A stretch of 64,000 nt of DNA, from NCBI GenBank assembly GCA_051362555.1, contig CM120640.1, forward strand, positions 11,780,001 through 11,844,000, written 5' to 3'. Position numbers and translations under genes: made by a program. Under the pieces are notes generated by a model. The model searched no databases and was not told where the DNA came from. It saw nothing but the letters and a program-made list of their open reading frames with translations. Origin of the DNA: Lingula anatina (taxonomy: Eukaryota > Animalia > Brachiopoda). Shown in pieces: positions 47,148-60,783 of this stretch (position 1 is its first letter; each line of letters opens with the position of its first letter).

Positions 47148-49643
47148 AGGACAATGGTCATATAAAAATCCATTTCTCGAATTTTGAAGATTCAACACTC
47201 AATCTATACACTAGAGGTATGTTTTAATCGATCCCCGCCATTTAAAAATTATAAAAACAATCTATTAGTAGTAAAAAAGCGTTTTAGTAAACCTCACCTC
47301 AATATGCATAAATGAAGCAACAGATCTGGGTCACGCGGTACTGTGACGACAATTGGGATAAAGGTCTATGAGACTCAACTGAGCTGCATGGTGCAAACAG
47401 ACAGAATAATTTTGGAAAGTTGTGTTGAACGGAGTTGAGCAATTTTCTTTATGCCTCAGTGCGTTGCCGTGGGATTCACCAAAATTGCAGCACTCCTTGA
47501 CTATCTTTCTTTATCTGTGACGGTCTTCCGTGACTAACTTACTAACTTCGGTGACAATAGTTGCGATCCTCGCGATCTCGGTCACCTCAGGTGATTTAGA
47601 TCATATCAAAAGCTGATAGTCTTTAAGATACTGTCATCAGTTGGCAAGCTTACTAATTGCTGATGCATTTTTAAATTCATTGTAGTTGACCAAGAGCTCG
47701 TTAACAATAAAACCTGTTAATTATGCACCGCTGCAATTCCCAAGCCAGGTAATAACAGGTATGAAACTCGTCTTGGTGGGCTTTCATATTTTTCAATATA
47801 TCTCATTTATTTCATGGGGTTATTTTATTGGTATTTGTAAATGACGTTAAATATCAATACTTAAACAATTAAGTTCAAACACGGTCGCGAACATTAATAA
47901 AAGAAATTGCTCTCAGGGTATCTTGAAGCTTCCGTGGAAGAAAACGTGTTGAGGAAAAACAGGAAAAAGAGCGTTATATTAAAGAAAAAATGGGAACTGC
48001 TGTAATAAAATGGTTCGTTATCCTAATTCGTTTATGCTTTGAGGATTTGTTTCTGAAGATTATTTCATCTGAAATATTAAATAATTCTTGGACCTAAATA
48101 GAGACTCTATTTAGGTCCAAGAATAATTTAAAAGATTGATTATTTTATAACTTGAGACGCAAATTCTGCGTCAGTACGCAATTTTTTTTTTGCAAATGTG
48201 TAAGCCTAGAACACCGTGCTTTAAAGATCTACTCAAGAAAAAAATTTGCTTGGGTAAAATTGAGTACGGAATGAACTGGAGACACTTGGCTTGTCATTAA
48301 GTTTACACGAAAATATGTCAGGTAACTTTATACTGTCTTTGAAAGAATAAAGATTGAAAGATAATTTTAGACAAACTTTGACGGGGGAAATACCTACAAA
48401 GAGTAATGGGCTATTTCGCCAACATCTTGTTGAAAATTTTACAGTGCAATTCTATTTAAATAAGCTAAGGAACTAATTGCCAAATTTATACTCTCATCAC
48501 ATAACAGGGGGTAACCAGACCTGCAAAAATTGTATTTAAAAAAATTACAAGCACATACAGCAAAATGTAGACTTACGCAAAACATGAAGGACAGCGTAAT
48601 CACAGCAAATGTACCTCATATAGTAGCTTAATTTCCATTAATGATAAAATCATCATTTAAGTCAAAAATATTCTCGCGATTTAATAACTATTTTAATTTA
48701 CCCCCCAGAACGGTATATTTATTTTAAAGGCGGTTAACTGAAATATAGTTTTATGATTTGTTTGTGAAAATTGCCCATGTCACCCTGTTAGTTTGGAGGT
48801 CTAAGCTGGATCAAGTCCGTGTTAAAATTCCTATGAAGTTGTGCAGGAAAAATTCTTCCTTTCTTTCTCTAGCTCCTCGATAAACCTGGTGTTCAGATTT
48901 TATCTAGTACCCCCAGGTCTACGGGAGCTGCGCTTTGTAACTAACGCACAGGTAGATTTTTACCTGAGATAACTGGAGTAAAGCTTAGATAGAGAGTGCG
49001 TTCGATACAAGCAAGACAAATTGAATGCCATTTAACCCTCTAATTAAGAGGTAAAGGAAGTTCCAGTTAGATGGATGATTAAGATAGGACTTGTAAAGGT
49101 AACGGGCATTGTTTACCTCAGTTTAATAAAAGTATGCAAGACGGAGTGTCAGCGGTTTAATAAAATAAATTGAATTTCACAAATAACATGGACCTCATAT
49201 GCAATAATCAACATTTCCCTTAACTCATTAAAATGCAGTGTTTTATACAACTTGGGATAACCATAATGAAATGCTTGTTAAAGAAATGACTAGACGGGAA
49301 ATGGTTTTACACAGCTTCACGAGGATTTAGACCCCTCGGGTAAGAGATTTGAATGAGTATAAACTTTTATCAGAAGCCAGAGAAGTCATCTTACAGGTAG
49401 ACAATGCAGCTCAGTTTGACAGCTAAGCACACTCTGTTCTCCAGTGGCTCGATTGTCGTCATCGGACCACGTGACCACGTAGATCATTAACTCCCAGGCC
49501 GAGCAAATAGGACGTTTTTTAAAGCCAAAAATTTACAAAATGAGCTTTTAATTTGTGTATTTGGATAAAGATATCGTTAGTTGGGCATGTTTTCTGAAGA
49601 ATATGTTCCGTTGAAGCCATTCTGACGGTATGAAGCAAATCCT
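47148..49643. mobile_element. 2.5-kb insertion splitting one ~148-bp monomer; Kolobok-like termini
   Basis: Monomer caagt-tcaa-tagtaactatgg is broken as caagt-ttaa|AGGA...TCCT|tgaa-tagtaactatgg. No recognisable ORF inside. Confidence 0.6.
48087..48121. repeat. 35-bp perfect palindrome with 7-bp direct flanks
   Basis: aataatt|cttggacctaaatagag-a-ctctatttaggtccaag|aataatt. Confidence 0.85.
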
Positions 49644-52600
49644 TGAATAGTAACTATGGGTGTATCTCTCTCAGTTTTGGAGATATAAAGGAAACCTTGC
49701 ATGGTGAAAAGTAGGTCAAAGGTCGATTATAAAGTCCTATTCAACTTCAATAGTAACTATGGGCCTATCTCTGCCAGTTTTGGAGATAAGGGCCTTTAAC
49801 ATTGCAAAGTTCAGTTCATGGTAAAAAGTAGGTTAAATGTCAATTTTAAGGTCACAGTTAAATTGCCAGTATATTACTTCCTGTTCAAATCTAATAGTAA
49901 GTATGGATGTATCTTTGCTAATATTGAAAGTATAAGCACTAAAAAAGTTGTAAAGTTCAGTTTATGATGAAAAGTAGGTCAAAGGTCAATTTGAAGGTCA
50001 CAGTTATATTGCCAGTGTATAACTTGTTATTCAATTTCAGTAGTAACAATGGATCTATCTCTGCCAGTTTTGGAGATATAAGGGACTAAATGTTTCAATT
50101 TGGAGTTACAGTAATGTGCCATAAAGAAGAAATTAATTGAAAGAAAGAAAAGGTCAATTTAGTTGAAATTCTTGAAATGGGAGATGCTCAGAAGTTCTAG
50201 ATGTTCAAATTTCATGAAATAATGTAATTTTTGACCAGAAGTTGTCTCCCGCGCCAATTCTTATGTTATCTTTTCCAGATATTCAAAATTTTATGCACAT
50301 TACCGTATTGCACATTTTACTTTCACCACCACAATGTACTTTTTGATACAGCATTACTCGAAAACCACAAGGAAAACAAAGAAACAAAGACCACCCTCAG
50401 TGTTGGGCTTGACATGCTCTATCAAATGCAAAAAAAGAAGGGGTCTCTAGCATTAATGGTTCTAGAATTAGAGAGGGTTTTTCTGTTTCGGCATATAATG
50501 GCCGCTGCTCCCGTGAAAATGCACCGACTGACCCCAAACTAACGGAGATGAAAGATGACCTGATGGGTAACACCTGCCAATAATATTATAGGTTAGGTCT
50601 GTGTAGTTTCTGAATTATAGCGCAAATAATTTTTTTTCGTAAAAAATTCCCTTTTTTTTTTTTTTTTTTTGAAAATTTTGGCCCGTTTCACCTTCAAATA
50701 AAGGTCAAAGGTCAAATCTAAGGGCATATTTGAAATCTCCACATATGACTTTCGGTCAAGCTTCTATAGTACAGTGTAATTTTTCCCATAATTCCTTCGG
50801 TTTAGGAGATATTCAGCATTGAATTTTCAAAAATTTTGATAAGGGTGCGTTTCAACGAGCGTCACGCCCAGGCCAATGCACCAAATGGGACAAAAATACC
50901 AGGGGGTTCAAGTTGAGATTATATGTGACATAAATCCAAGAGATGGGGGCAGGGATCTTTGCGGTCTAGGAGGAGAAGCGGTAACGGTGACTTGAATCCG
51001 GCACCAGAACGCGGAGCCGGCGGAGCCGGACGAGACGGGTCGGGACTAAAACCATGAGTATACCGCCAGCTTACACGCTGGTGGTACTAAAAAAACGACC
51101 ATTGAAACACAAGACATGGATAAACATGAAACAAAAGACTTGGATCTCGCATCGAACGATAAGCAAGACGCGTACAAATATTATGAAGTAGAAAAATTGT
51201 TATGTTGTAAGAATATAAACAAGACACGGCATTACAAGGTTAAATGGAAGGGTTATAAGAATCCTACCTGGAGCCTGAAGAAAATATTTCAGATGCATTA
51301 AAAAGAGATGATCATATCAATAAGACCTTACAAGGAAGAAGAAAAAAAACGTAGAAACTAAAAAAACAAATACTATGATATCATAAAAATCATTTTATTT
51401 CTTTAAACAAGATTTAAAAATGAGACATTTATTGGTCAACAGAAGATTGTGCACACGATAAATACTGCTTAAAAGGTTAACCGAAAAATAAACCCTAAAG
51501 TATGGAATCAACTGTTCTTCAGCTATTTCAACGATTTTTTTCTCATGTTCTTGCCAATAATGTTAGTGATTATTTGACATTACAAAACGTGGCTTAAACA
51601 GCAAAGAGACAATTAAGAGCAAACATATACTTGTATGGCAGATGCTATTCTAGCGAACGAAATATTTTCTACAGATGATTTATCTCAAATATTATTTTGA
51701 ATTTAGTCGTGATATAGAGCTTATTGCTCATGATGAAAGTTGGTCTACATGTATGTATCAAGGTCAGGCAATTGGCATTAGTAGTGGCTTTACTAAAAAA
51801 GAAGTACACGTAAACAATATAGTGCTTACTATAACGTAGTGATTATAAAATTTCGCAACATCATCAATTAATAAGCCGAAGGAACTTAGAACCACAGATT
51901 CATTAATATTACAAAGTGAAGTAATAACTATAATAATTTCGACAAGTTCATTTAAGTTTTCGTATCTACAGACTACATCTGTCAAAATATTGGCATGGCT
52001 TGACAACTATAAACATTACGATAAACGAAATCATTATTTTGGAACAAGTTATCCCATTGTCACTTTTCACAGCTTTTAAACCCAGAAAATTATTCAAGGT
52101 CGAATATTGTACATTTTTGCGCTTGAAACATGCTTCTGCACTTTTCTGTATTCAGTTCGAACCATTTGATCACGATGCAGATTAATTTTAATCCAATCTG
52201 AATTTGACTTGACTTGCTACATGTGTCTATAATTAACATAGTGCATTGATCTTTGCGAGTAAACTTTTGGTATAAGAAGTGTGTGTACTATCATACCATT
52301 TTAATAACTTTATGATTCATTCTTCCTTATTGTTACTTCAATGATTTCAGACACTGACCTATGTATCACTATTATATTATTATTGAGAGTGTGCGAGATG
52401 CACGGAATTAACATGACACTTAAGTCCTGACGAATATTTTGATTTTTTTAGTCACTATGTCCTATGATATATAATGATAATCATTTTATTGTGTGTTAAC
52501 CATGATCATTATTATTAGTTATCGACATTTGACCAGATGGTTATTGCTATATGGACAATGTAGTTAACTTTTGTAGTGATGATGACGTGAAACTAATGAT

Positions 52601-53440
52601 ATGCATTATGGAAGATTCTCACGTTTTGCGACTTACTTATTTAGCAGTATAATATGTGAATTGAATTTGATATGAACAAAGTGTTTCTCTTATAGTCATC
52701 ACAGAGGAGAGCTAGAGTGTGGACAAATATGAAGATGAAGATGAACGATATGAAGATGAACGATGCGCTGGTCGCAACGTTGTGAATGCTGCTCATTAGA
52801 CAGGGAGGGTACCGCCCGATTGTCTCACTTAATGCATTCCTACTATATCTAAAAGACAACCAATAAAAGAGAATAATACAATGTATCAGAGCCATAATAA
52901 GAGAGCAACGGGTTTAAATATCCGCATGAGAAAACAAACAAAAAGTATCTGTGCTCTTGGGCCACACATTAAACGGTGTAAATGCCAGTATGAAATATAT
53001 TCACGAACAATTGTATTTTCCTTAAAAGTTATTAATTTATCTTCCTTCAAGTTATATTTTTGATTTCATGTGGAATGTGTTTCTAGTTTTTTGTGTAAGT
53101 TAATTATATACAATTATTTTTATTTAATTATATTTTTGCATGACTTTATGATAGAAATAGAGTGTTTAAGGAAGATTATCATTATTTTTTACTATTATTT
53201 TATTTGATTTTGCATTTAAATTGATGACAGACCTGTAACCTTGTCATTTAAGCTTGTTGAAAATTTACGTATTTAATGTTATTTAGTATATGCTTTGCTG
53301 TAAAAAAAATGAAAAAAGGAGCGTATGTTGTAAAGTTGTAGAATTCGAGGACGAATTCATTTGAAGAAGGACTGTATGTTGTAAAGCAAATGACTTACAC
53401 TTTCACTAATTGCAGATAACAATTAAGTACCTGTCTCAGT

Positions 53441-54560
53441 AAGGTTCAGAATAGGGTGGCACATGACCCTCTCAGATTTTGATGAAAATTGGTGTATTTG
53501 TTCATTATAGCCCCAAACCAACATAATTGACATTGGTTTGTTTGAATCACCCTCAGTTGCCATGGTAATAGCATTTTAATTTTTTCACCCAAGATGGCGA
53601 AATCCAGATTGCAAATTTTTAATTTCAGCTACATGTATATTTGAGCTAAAAAACCATAAATGTGGATAAAAATACATTTTTCATTTTTAGATATTATTAA
53701 ATTTCATATCTTAAATGAACTAAAAACTTATAACTTAGTGTATTTGTTGGTCTATAAAAATAAACTTTAAAAATGGGGAATTTTCAAAAATTCATATTTT
53801 TGCTAAAATGCCCAATTTTGCAAATTTCAAATACATTTTTCATAGATTGGCCAAAGCCATCTATTATCATCATACATTACATAGGAAAGTACAAGTACTG
53901 TCCTTTTATAATCAAAAAAATATTTTTTTCAAACACATTTTTCAAAAAATTATTCAATTTTTTAAATTCTTAATTCAAGATGGCGGAAACCTAATTGCTC
54001 ATTTTACATATTTGTGTGTATAAAGAATAACAAACATGGTTAAACACATTTTATATTTGTATGTTGCTAAATCCCAAATCTTGATTAAGTGAAAAACATA
54101 TAAAATATTATTTTTGCAGGCTTTTAAAAATTAAAAAAATAACTTTAAACGTGATGAATTTTCATAATTTCAAAATTTAGATAAAATGCCCAAGTTTGGC
54201 CATCTTTAAATACATTTTTCATAGACTTTCCAAAGCCACCTATTAATTTCACATATAACATAAGAAAGTAAATATCTTGTATTTTTATAATCAAAAATAA
54301 TTCTTTTGTCAAACACAATTTTCAATTAATTATACAACTTTTAAGAACCTTAATTCAAGATGGCACCAACCAAATTGCAAAATTTCTATATTTATTAGAC
54401 TGGCCAACATCAATGAATGTTGTCATACATGATATTAGAGAGGAGGTTTACTGGTCTTTCATTATAAAAAAAAAATCTTTTCGAGGGCAATTATATAAAA
54501 TTAATTACTTATTAAAATGCTCAATCCAAAATGGCAGTAACTAAATTGCAAATTTTCCAT
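53441..54560. repeat. Terminal/subterminal repeated region of a DNA transposon, probably the 3' end of the Sola3-like element
   Basis: Starts abruptly inside the presumed Gypsy LTR. Blocks 53690-54010 and 54090-54390 are diverged direct repeats; caagatggc-like motif at 53590, 53977, 54356, 54528. No matching opposite TIR found. Confidence 0.45.
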
Positions 54561-54646
54561 ATTTATGCATAAACAATGAAAAGCTCATACGCAAAGCTAA
54601 AGACATTTGAGTAACTCGTACGCATTTAAAGTCATTCAAAATTACA

Positions 54647-55616
54647 TGTTACGTTCGCACAGAGTTCACAGTTTCTCTTGGAGTCCAGAACAGAATAATA
54701 ACGTCGAACTAAATCTCAAATAACTTTAATAATAATAACGGAAACGCTACTGAATGGGTCCAGTCTTCTGTCGAGGCACAATGCTTCGTTACACAGGAAC
54801 AGTCCAGGAGAATGGGCTATGTATCCCCTGTAGTAATCTCAGGCATCCCCACCTGCAGCTGCCGCATGCCCGGACGCTGAACAATTAAGTAATCAACCAA
54901 AAGTAAGATAACTCAAATAACTCAACAAAAAGTTACACGAAGGTGTCCAGTCTTCTTATCTACGGCGCATGGCTTCATTTCGCACGAACAGGCTTGAAGA
55001 ATAGGAATTTTCCCACCTGGAGTGGCCGACTCTCAGGATTTCCACCTGCAGTATCCGACTGTCAGGAATTTTTCCCCTACACCTCCTCATGCATTGGATC
55101 GTCAAGATCGGTAAGAATTTCCCCATGCCCGGCTTAGAACGCAAACAAAACCAAAGAAACTCAAAAATAACAAAACTAAAGAGTTTTCCCAGTTACGCTT
55201 ACGCATTACTGGAGTTGCGACCCGGAAGCTAGACCAATGTAACTCACGTTTCCGCTCTCCCGTTCCTCTCCGCATGTCTACTCTTCTCCTCCTCTTCAAC
55301 CCCGACTACAACGCTTCCACGGTCCATCCCAATGCTCTCCTTGTGTTTTTCTTTATCCACGATAAACGTTTACGTACGTTGTACGTGCGCATCATTTACG
55401 TCTAGGTTCCGTCCCCATTGTTTTTTGTTTACATTCTGAGGTCAAGAGGTCTCGCCAACTATGCCAAGGCTGTATGACGTAACACAATGGCGGCTCCCAT
55501 GTTCAGCTGTTAAGTCACCGCAGTGCGGTAATAGCATTTCAGGCAAAACAACGTTAACTAGAAATAAACTTCATCAAATTACAGAAAGGATCGGGGTGCG
55601 ACCCGGTCACGTTACA
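54647..55616. mobile_element. Possible solo LTR (~970 bp)
   Basis: TGTTACG...CGTTACA termini; GC-richer than the flanks; no clean TSD. Confidence 0.45.
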
Positions 55617-57801
55617 ATATGCTCAGAAAATCACAACAGTTTCAGTTCTTTGTTTCAAATCAAAATAACTTTATGTTATGTTACAGTAGTCACATATTAA
55701 TACATAACAATAATTATGTAATCGACATGTGTGCCTCAGTGGCTTCAAATGTTATACCAATATAGTATAAAGACATGTACAAATTGCTCTTTACCTACAG
55801 GCCAGTGCAATCAGGTGCTTGTTTCTGTCTATCAAAAATTAAAGTAATTATGTATTTGTGAAGGACATGTGCGTTGTATACTAAACGAGTTTTACTGAAG
55901 AGTAGGCCTATTTAGTACATTCTTCTCTTCTAACTCTACAGTGAGAGCAATTAGGTCTTCTTCCTGTTTGATATCTAAAAGTAGCTGTGGATTTCCTGAC
56001 ATCCTGGAGAAAAACGAAGCTATTTGGGAAGCCAAAAGACAGTCCCTAGGTGAAAATAGGGACAAACCAGCTTCATCCTTTAATCCCCTCATCTCACTTT
56101 CTACTTCCTGGGGAGTGAACTTTCTGCCACAGCACTGGCCAACCTGAAACTTATTGGTTAAATACTGTCTTACATGTTGTGGAAATCTAGGTCTGCATTT
56201 CACTGTCTTAAGAGCCCATCCCTGATTAATATGACCTAATGTGCTTCTCTCAGAATCTTTTTTGTTTGTAGAGTGCACCTGATGAGCACTTTTAGAGCTA
56301 CATTTACTTATGACACCATTACAATATTTCCCCCACTGAAGTTTTATGTTTTATGTTTTTATGTAGGTAGAAGTGCTTCTCTGGTGTACTCCAAACAGCT
56401 GATGGTCCTCCAGTTCCTTGAAATTACAAAAAACAAAAACAGCTGTGCACCCATCCTCAGAACACAGCAAATTGGTTGACTATTGTGGTGTTTCCTTCTG
56501 GGCATCATATCTGATTTTTCCTTCTCCCATAGAGGGTACAGTGAAGTCAATGACGGCACTGTACCCACTCTGGTGTACTCCATCATCCCAAGCTTGCTGA
56601 AGTTCAGCTGGTGATATACTTTGGCCTGGAGCTATGCAGTAGGCGCTTTTCATAGGGCCTACACAATCCCCCTCCATGGAACTCAATCTCACTGATCATT
56701 GACACATGCTTTACTTTATGCCTGAAATGATTCTGCTTGCTGGTGTCAATGTCCCCAACTGCCGCTTGACAACCTACAACATCTGTAATACAGAAAAAGT
56801 CAAATTAATATCTAAACAAGGGTAAAATGCTTAAGTCCTCAATTCCAGAAAATAAAACATCCTGACATCCACAAATATGAACATAAACACATTAACATAT
56901 ACATATACACACTTACTAAATTGGCACAGAGAAACTACATATTATATGAAATTAAACTCTTTATCATGAAGTCCAGTGTTTCATACCAGCATACATTCGG
57001 CGCTTGAAGGGTATTGTTTTTAAATTACCTTTTCCATGATCAATGGCTCTTTTCATATCAATAGCAGTAAGGATGTCATTTCCAGCACCCACATATGATT
57101 TCATCTTTGTACGCATGTGTGCAATCTTATAGTCACATACACTTTTTCCTCTCTGTGCCTCAGAAAAGCAGTAGTTTTTTATGAAAATTCCTGTAAAACA
57201 TAAATAATCATTTAAATTTGAAAAACAATGTATTCATTTTCATTGATAAAACAACACATTGCATTTTACAAAATTATATATTAAAAGCTTTTTACAAAAG
57301 GATACATCAAAAGCATGTGTCCTGCATAGAGTGTAACTCAGATGTCTATTATAAATTTGATCCTTGTCAAGAAACTGAAATCCCAAAATATGTAAAAAAA
57401 ATGAAATATAATTAAACACAATTTACTTACCAGGTCTTTCAGATATTCCAGGAATTGCCAGCCATAAATGTGCACAGTGATAGCACCCTGCATTATCAGA
57501 CCTACTCAGAAAAAAAAGAAAAGAATTTTAGTATAATGCCTGAAGTTTTATGAATATTTTGCTTCATTTATGAAAGTAAATATCTTTTGTAAACATCTAC
57601 GTTGAGTTGAGTGGAAACACATTGTTCCTTATGGCCATACAACAGAATGGAAAACATACTAGCTGTTTTTATTTTAGCACATGTGAATAAAATGAATATG
57701 TACCTGTTACTGGCTTGCTTAAGCAATGTTGTCCAGTGTGTTTTCCAAAATGGAGGCAACTACAAACCAGTCCTGTTTTACATTTTCAAAAATGCGTGTA
57801 A

Positions 57802-60375
57802 GGAATCGGTACCTTGTAAAGTGTGGCATTCATTGAGAGATGATAATACTGAATGTACATGGGTGACAATCAGGCCAAAAAAATTACCTCGACAGTTCAG
57901 TTGCATAGCTGTAGGGGTAATATAACACCCGCCTGGAAAGGAAAACAATACTACAGTGAATCATATATTTGCGAGCCTTGATCAAATACTAGGCAAGCAT
58001 CCCAATGCAGGCATCATCCTGACCGGTGCCTTTAACACACTGAAGGACTCTCAGTTTAAAAACAGTTATAATCTAAAACAGATTGTGAATAAAGGTACTT
58101 GTACACGGAAAAACGCAATTTTGGATAAAGTATACACCAACATGGGAAATTTGTTCAGCGAACCACAAATTTTATGTCCACTTGGAAGCTCAGGCCACAA
58201 TACTGTGCTTTGCTTACCATCCATGGGAGGCGGCTTCATTCAACCAGAAAAAATCCGAATTGAAAAGGGAACATCTGGAAAGAATGAGAAAGCATTGTTT
58301 GCTGAAGCTCTAAGTAAAGTTGACTGGCTGCCACTCTTCTGTATGGTAACATGTGAATCACATTTTACTTTCTTCCAGTCGACTATCACTAGTCTGCTAA
58401 ATGAGCACCTACCAATAATGTCAAAAGATGAACAATGAAAAGCCATGGGTCAATGATCATTTCAGGGACTTAATTAAGAAGAGACAACGTGCTTGGAAGG
58501 GAAATCAGACTAACCTCTACAAACATTACAGGAACAGAGTAAACAGACTTACCAAAATTCTGCGGAAAAGTTTCTATGAAGGGAAACTGAAAGACATGTC
58601 TGACGGTACATCAAGGCAGTGGTGGAAAGACATTAAGTTGCTTACAGGGCAAACAACACAAAATAATTCCTTACTGCATGGGCTTGGCTAACAGTGAGTG
58701 CAATGGTGATTTCAACTTATTAGCCCAGAAAATAAACGCTTTCTTACAATCAGTCACAAATGACTTTGTGCAACTTGAACCGAAACATGTGGAAGCAGCT
58801 ACTGTACCAGCTAATTATATCATCACAAAACAAGATGTCAAAAAAGCCTTGCTCCAAGTAAACGTACACAAGTCCACAAGTCACGACGAAATTCCCAACT
58901 GGATCCTACATGACCTAGCAGGGTACCTAGCTGCCCCAGTATGTGCTATATTCAACTCATCACTTCGTGAAGGATATGTCCCGTGCATATGTGTCACCAC
59001 TACTTAAGTGCATTCCTCCAAAGACCGTAGAGACAGACGTTAGACCCATATCTCTTACTCCGGTGCTCTCTAAGAGGGTTTTATTGTTAAATGGATTTGG
59101 GACATTGTGACCAATAAGATTGACTTTAGGCAATTCGGCAGCATGAAAGGGAGCTGTACAACATACGCACTGATCGAAGCAATAGACCTTATTGCAAGGC
59201 AGAGTGACACTCTAGGACAATATGCCAGAATGCTTTTGGTCGATTATATACCAAAGCATTCGATAGAATAGACCACACCCTGTTTTATCAAAAACTGTCT
59301 GAATTAGGTATCCGAGGAATTATTTTAAACTAGATTTACAGCTTCCTAGCTGAGAGGAAACAGAGTGTCAAGATAGGTAGTGTGAAATCAGACTGACAAC
59401 GCATTAATGCTGGTGTACCACAAGGTACAAAACTTGGTCCAGTTTTATTTGTCATTATGATTAACGATCTGAGCACCAAATGTGACACATTCAACTATGT
59501 AGATGACACCACAATTTTAAGCTACGGGAACACCAAACTGCAGGACAGTCTCCCTGATGCAACAACAGAACTAACTCTCTGGTCCCATGCTAATAAACTA
59601 ACAATAAGTACTACCAAGACCAAAGTTATCATATTTGATTTCTCCAAAAAAGGACACAAAACTACACCCTTACTAGTAGATAATCAAAGGATTGAGAAGG
59701 TGGGGTCCGCTGTCTTCTTAGGGGTTAGGATCAGTAGTGATTTGAGCTGGGAAGGTCACATCTGTGATATTTGTTTAAAAAAAGCAAGTAAAACGCTACA
59801 CAATCTTAAGCTTCTGAAAGAGCAGGTATTCCAACCAATGGACTTGTAAGCTTTGACACGTCAGTAATCAGACCTACATTAGAATATGCATGTCAGGTGT
59901 GGCACCCAGGTCTCACACAACAACAAGTTGATAAAATTGAATCCATCCAGATTAGAGCATGTAAGATTATATTCCCAGAGCTGCCCTATTATGGGGCACT
60001 TGAAACATGTAAACTTATCACTTTTGCTTGTAGAAGAGATGAACTATCTAAAACATTATTGCATAACATGTACTCTGAAGCACACAAAACCCATCATTTG
60101 CTACCAGAGATAAATGAAAGTTCCTACACTTTGCGCCGGGTTTATAAGTACACTGTGCCAAAATTGAGGGCTGTACGATCGTCAAAAACTTTTATCCCAT
60201 GGGCTTTATCAAATTTTAAGAACTGAGGTTTTTATGAACTTTTTATGTGTATCGAATCATTTTAACACTTACAAGTATATTTTAAGATTGTGCACCTCAC
60301 CACTATTTGTTTTTATTGTAAAATCCAACTTTTTAAGTTGCAAATAAACACATATTATTATCATTATTATTATTA
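57802..60375 (+). mobile_element. 5'-truncated, decayed CR1/L2-group LINE (APE endonuclease + RT)
   Basis: WVTIRPKKLPRQFSCIAVGVI*HPP, TGAFN, NAILDKVYTN (APE). KPW, RPISLTP, KAFD, GVPQGTKLGPVLF, YVDD, LEYACQVWHPGL (RT and C-terminus). aataaa and (ATT)n tail at 60343-60375. Several stops and frameshifts. Confidence 0.92.
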
Positions 60376-60569
60376 TAAATGTCCTATGCTGAAATAAAAT
60401 AACAATAAATTTAAGGTCAAATACATGTAAATATATATTTCTTCTATTATACTAATATAAAGAAATATCAGGTTTCATATTAGCAATATAATTAGTTACA
60501 ATTAACAATGAAATTTTTACAAAACTGTAAATGTGATAGAGTAAGGTAACGAGCCAACGAGGCAAGAAC

Positions 60570-60783
60570 TGTATGTGACGACGGTGATCTTCCGAAATGA
60601 TTCTGGTGAATTATGTGTAAGTTGTATAACAACTGGGGTTGATACAATGTCGTTATTTGAAGTTGATAAACGTTGTTATTTGACGTTGATACAACTTTCA
60701 AATCCAATGTTAATCCAACGTCTTGTCAACGTTATATTTCAACTTTGTTTCAACGTTAAAACAACATGATTTGCCCGCTGGGG
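60570..60783. mobile_element. Small repeat fragment inserted in a transposase exon
   Basis: Reiterated aacgttg/caacgtt motifs ending ttgcccgctggg; interrupts the QCQSLK reading frame. Only one terminus recognisable. Confidence 0.45.

Larger units (their letters stand above)
46082..51095 (-). mobile_element. Non-autonomous Helentron-type element carrying ~148-bp tandem repeats
   Basis: On the minus strand: T-run start, subTIR tagtaccaccagc (51089-51077) with adjacent IR, partner subTIR at 46119-46131, hairpin 46091-46117, CTAGTT end. Repeat anchor taggtcaaa (or variant) at 46502, 46636, 46782, 46933, 47082, 49712, 49829, 49975. Confidence 0.78.
45860..53440 (+). mobile_element. Gypsy/Metaviridae remnant: integrase C-terminus plus chromodomain, PPT-like tract and start of 3' LTR; interrupted by 46082-51095
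   Basis: SKLYTKYKGPCYI...VHANRLKMYYDP (GPY/F region, 45880-46020). YEVEKLL..HYKVKWKGYKNPTW/EPEENIS (chromodomain with a 1-nt frameshift, 51180-51290). gaattcgaggacgaattcatttgaagaagg..TGTTGTAAAG at 53341-53386 is a typical Gypsy PPT/LTR junction. Confidence 0.72.

Noticed and set aside
46400-50100. Regularly spaced repeats as a CRISPR array (also 22800-23150 and 6813-7085)
   Set aside because: Whole monomers are repeated with no unique spacers, there are no cas genes, and the context is eukaryotic.
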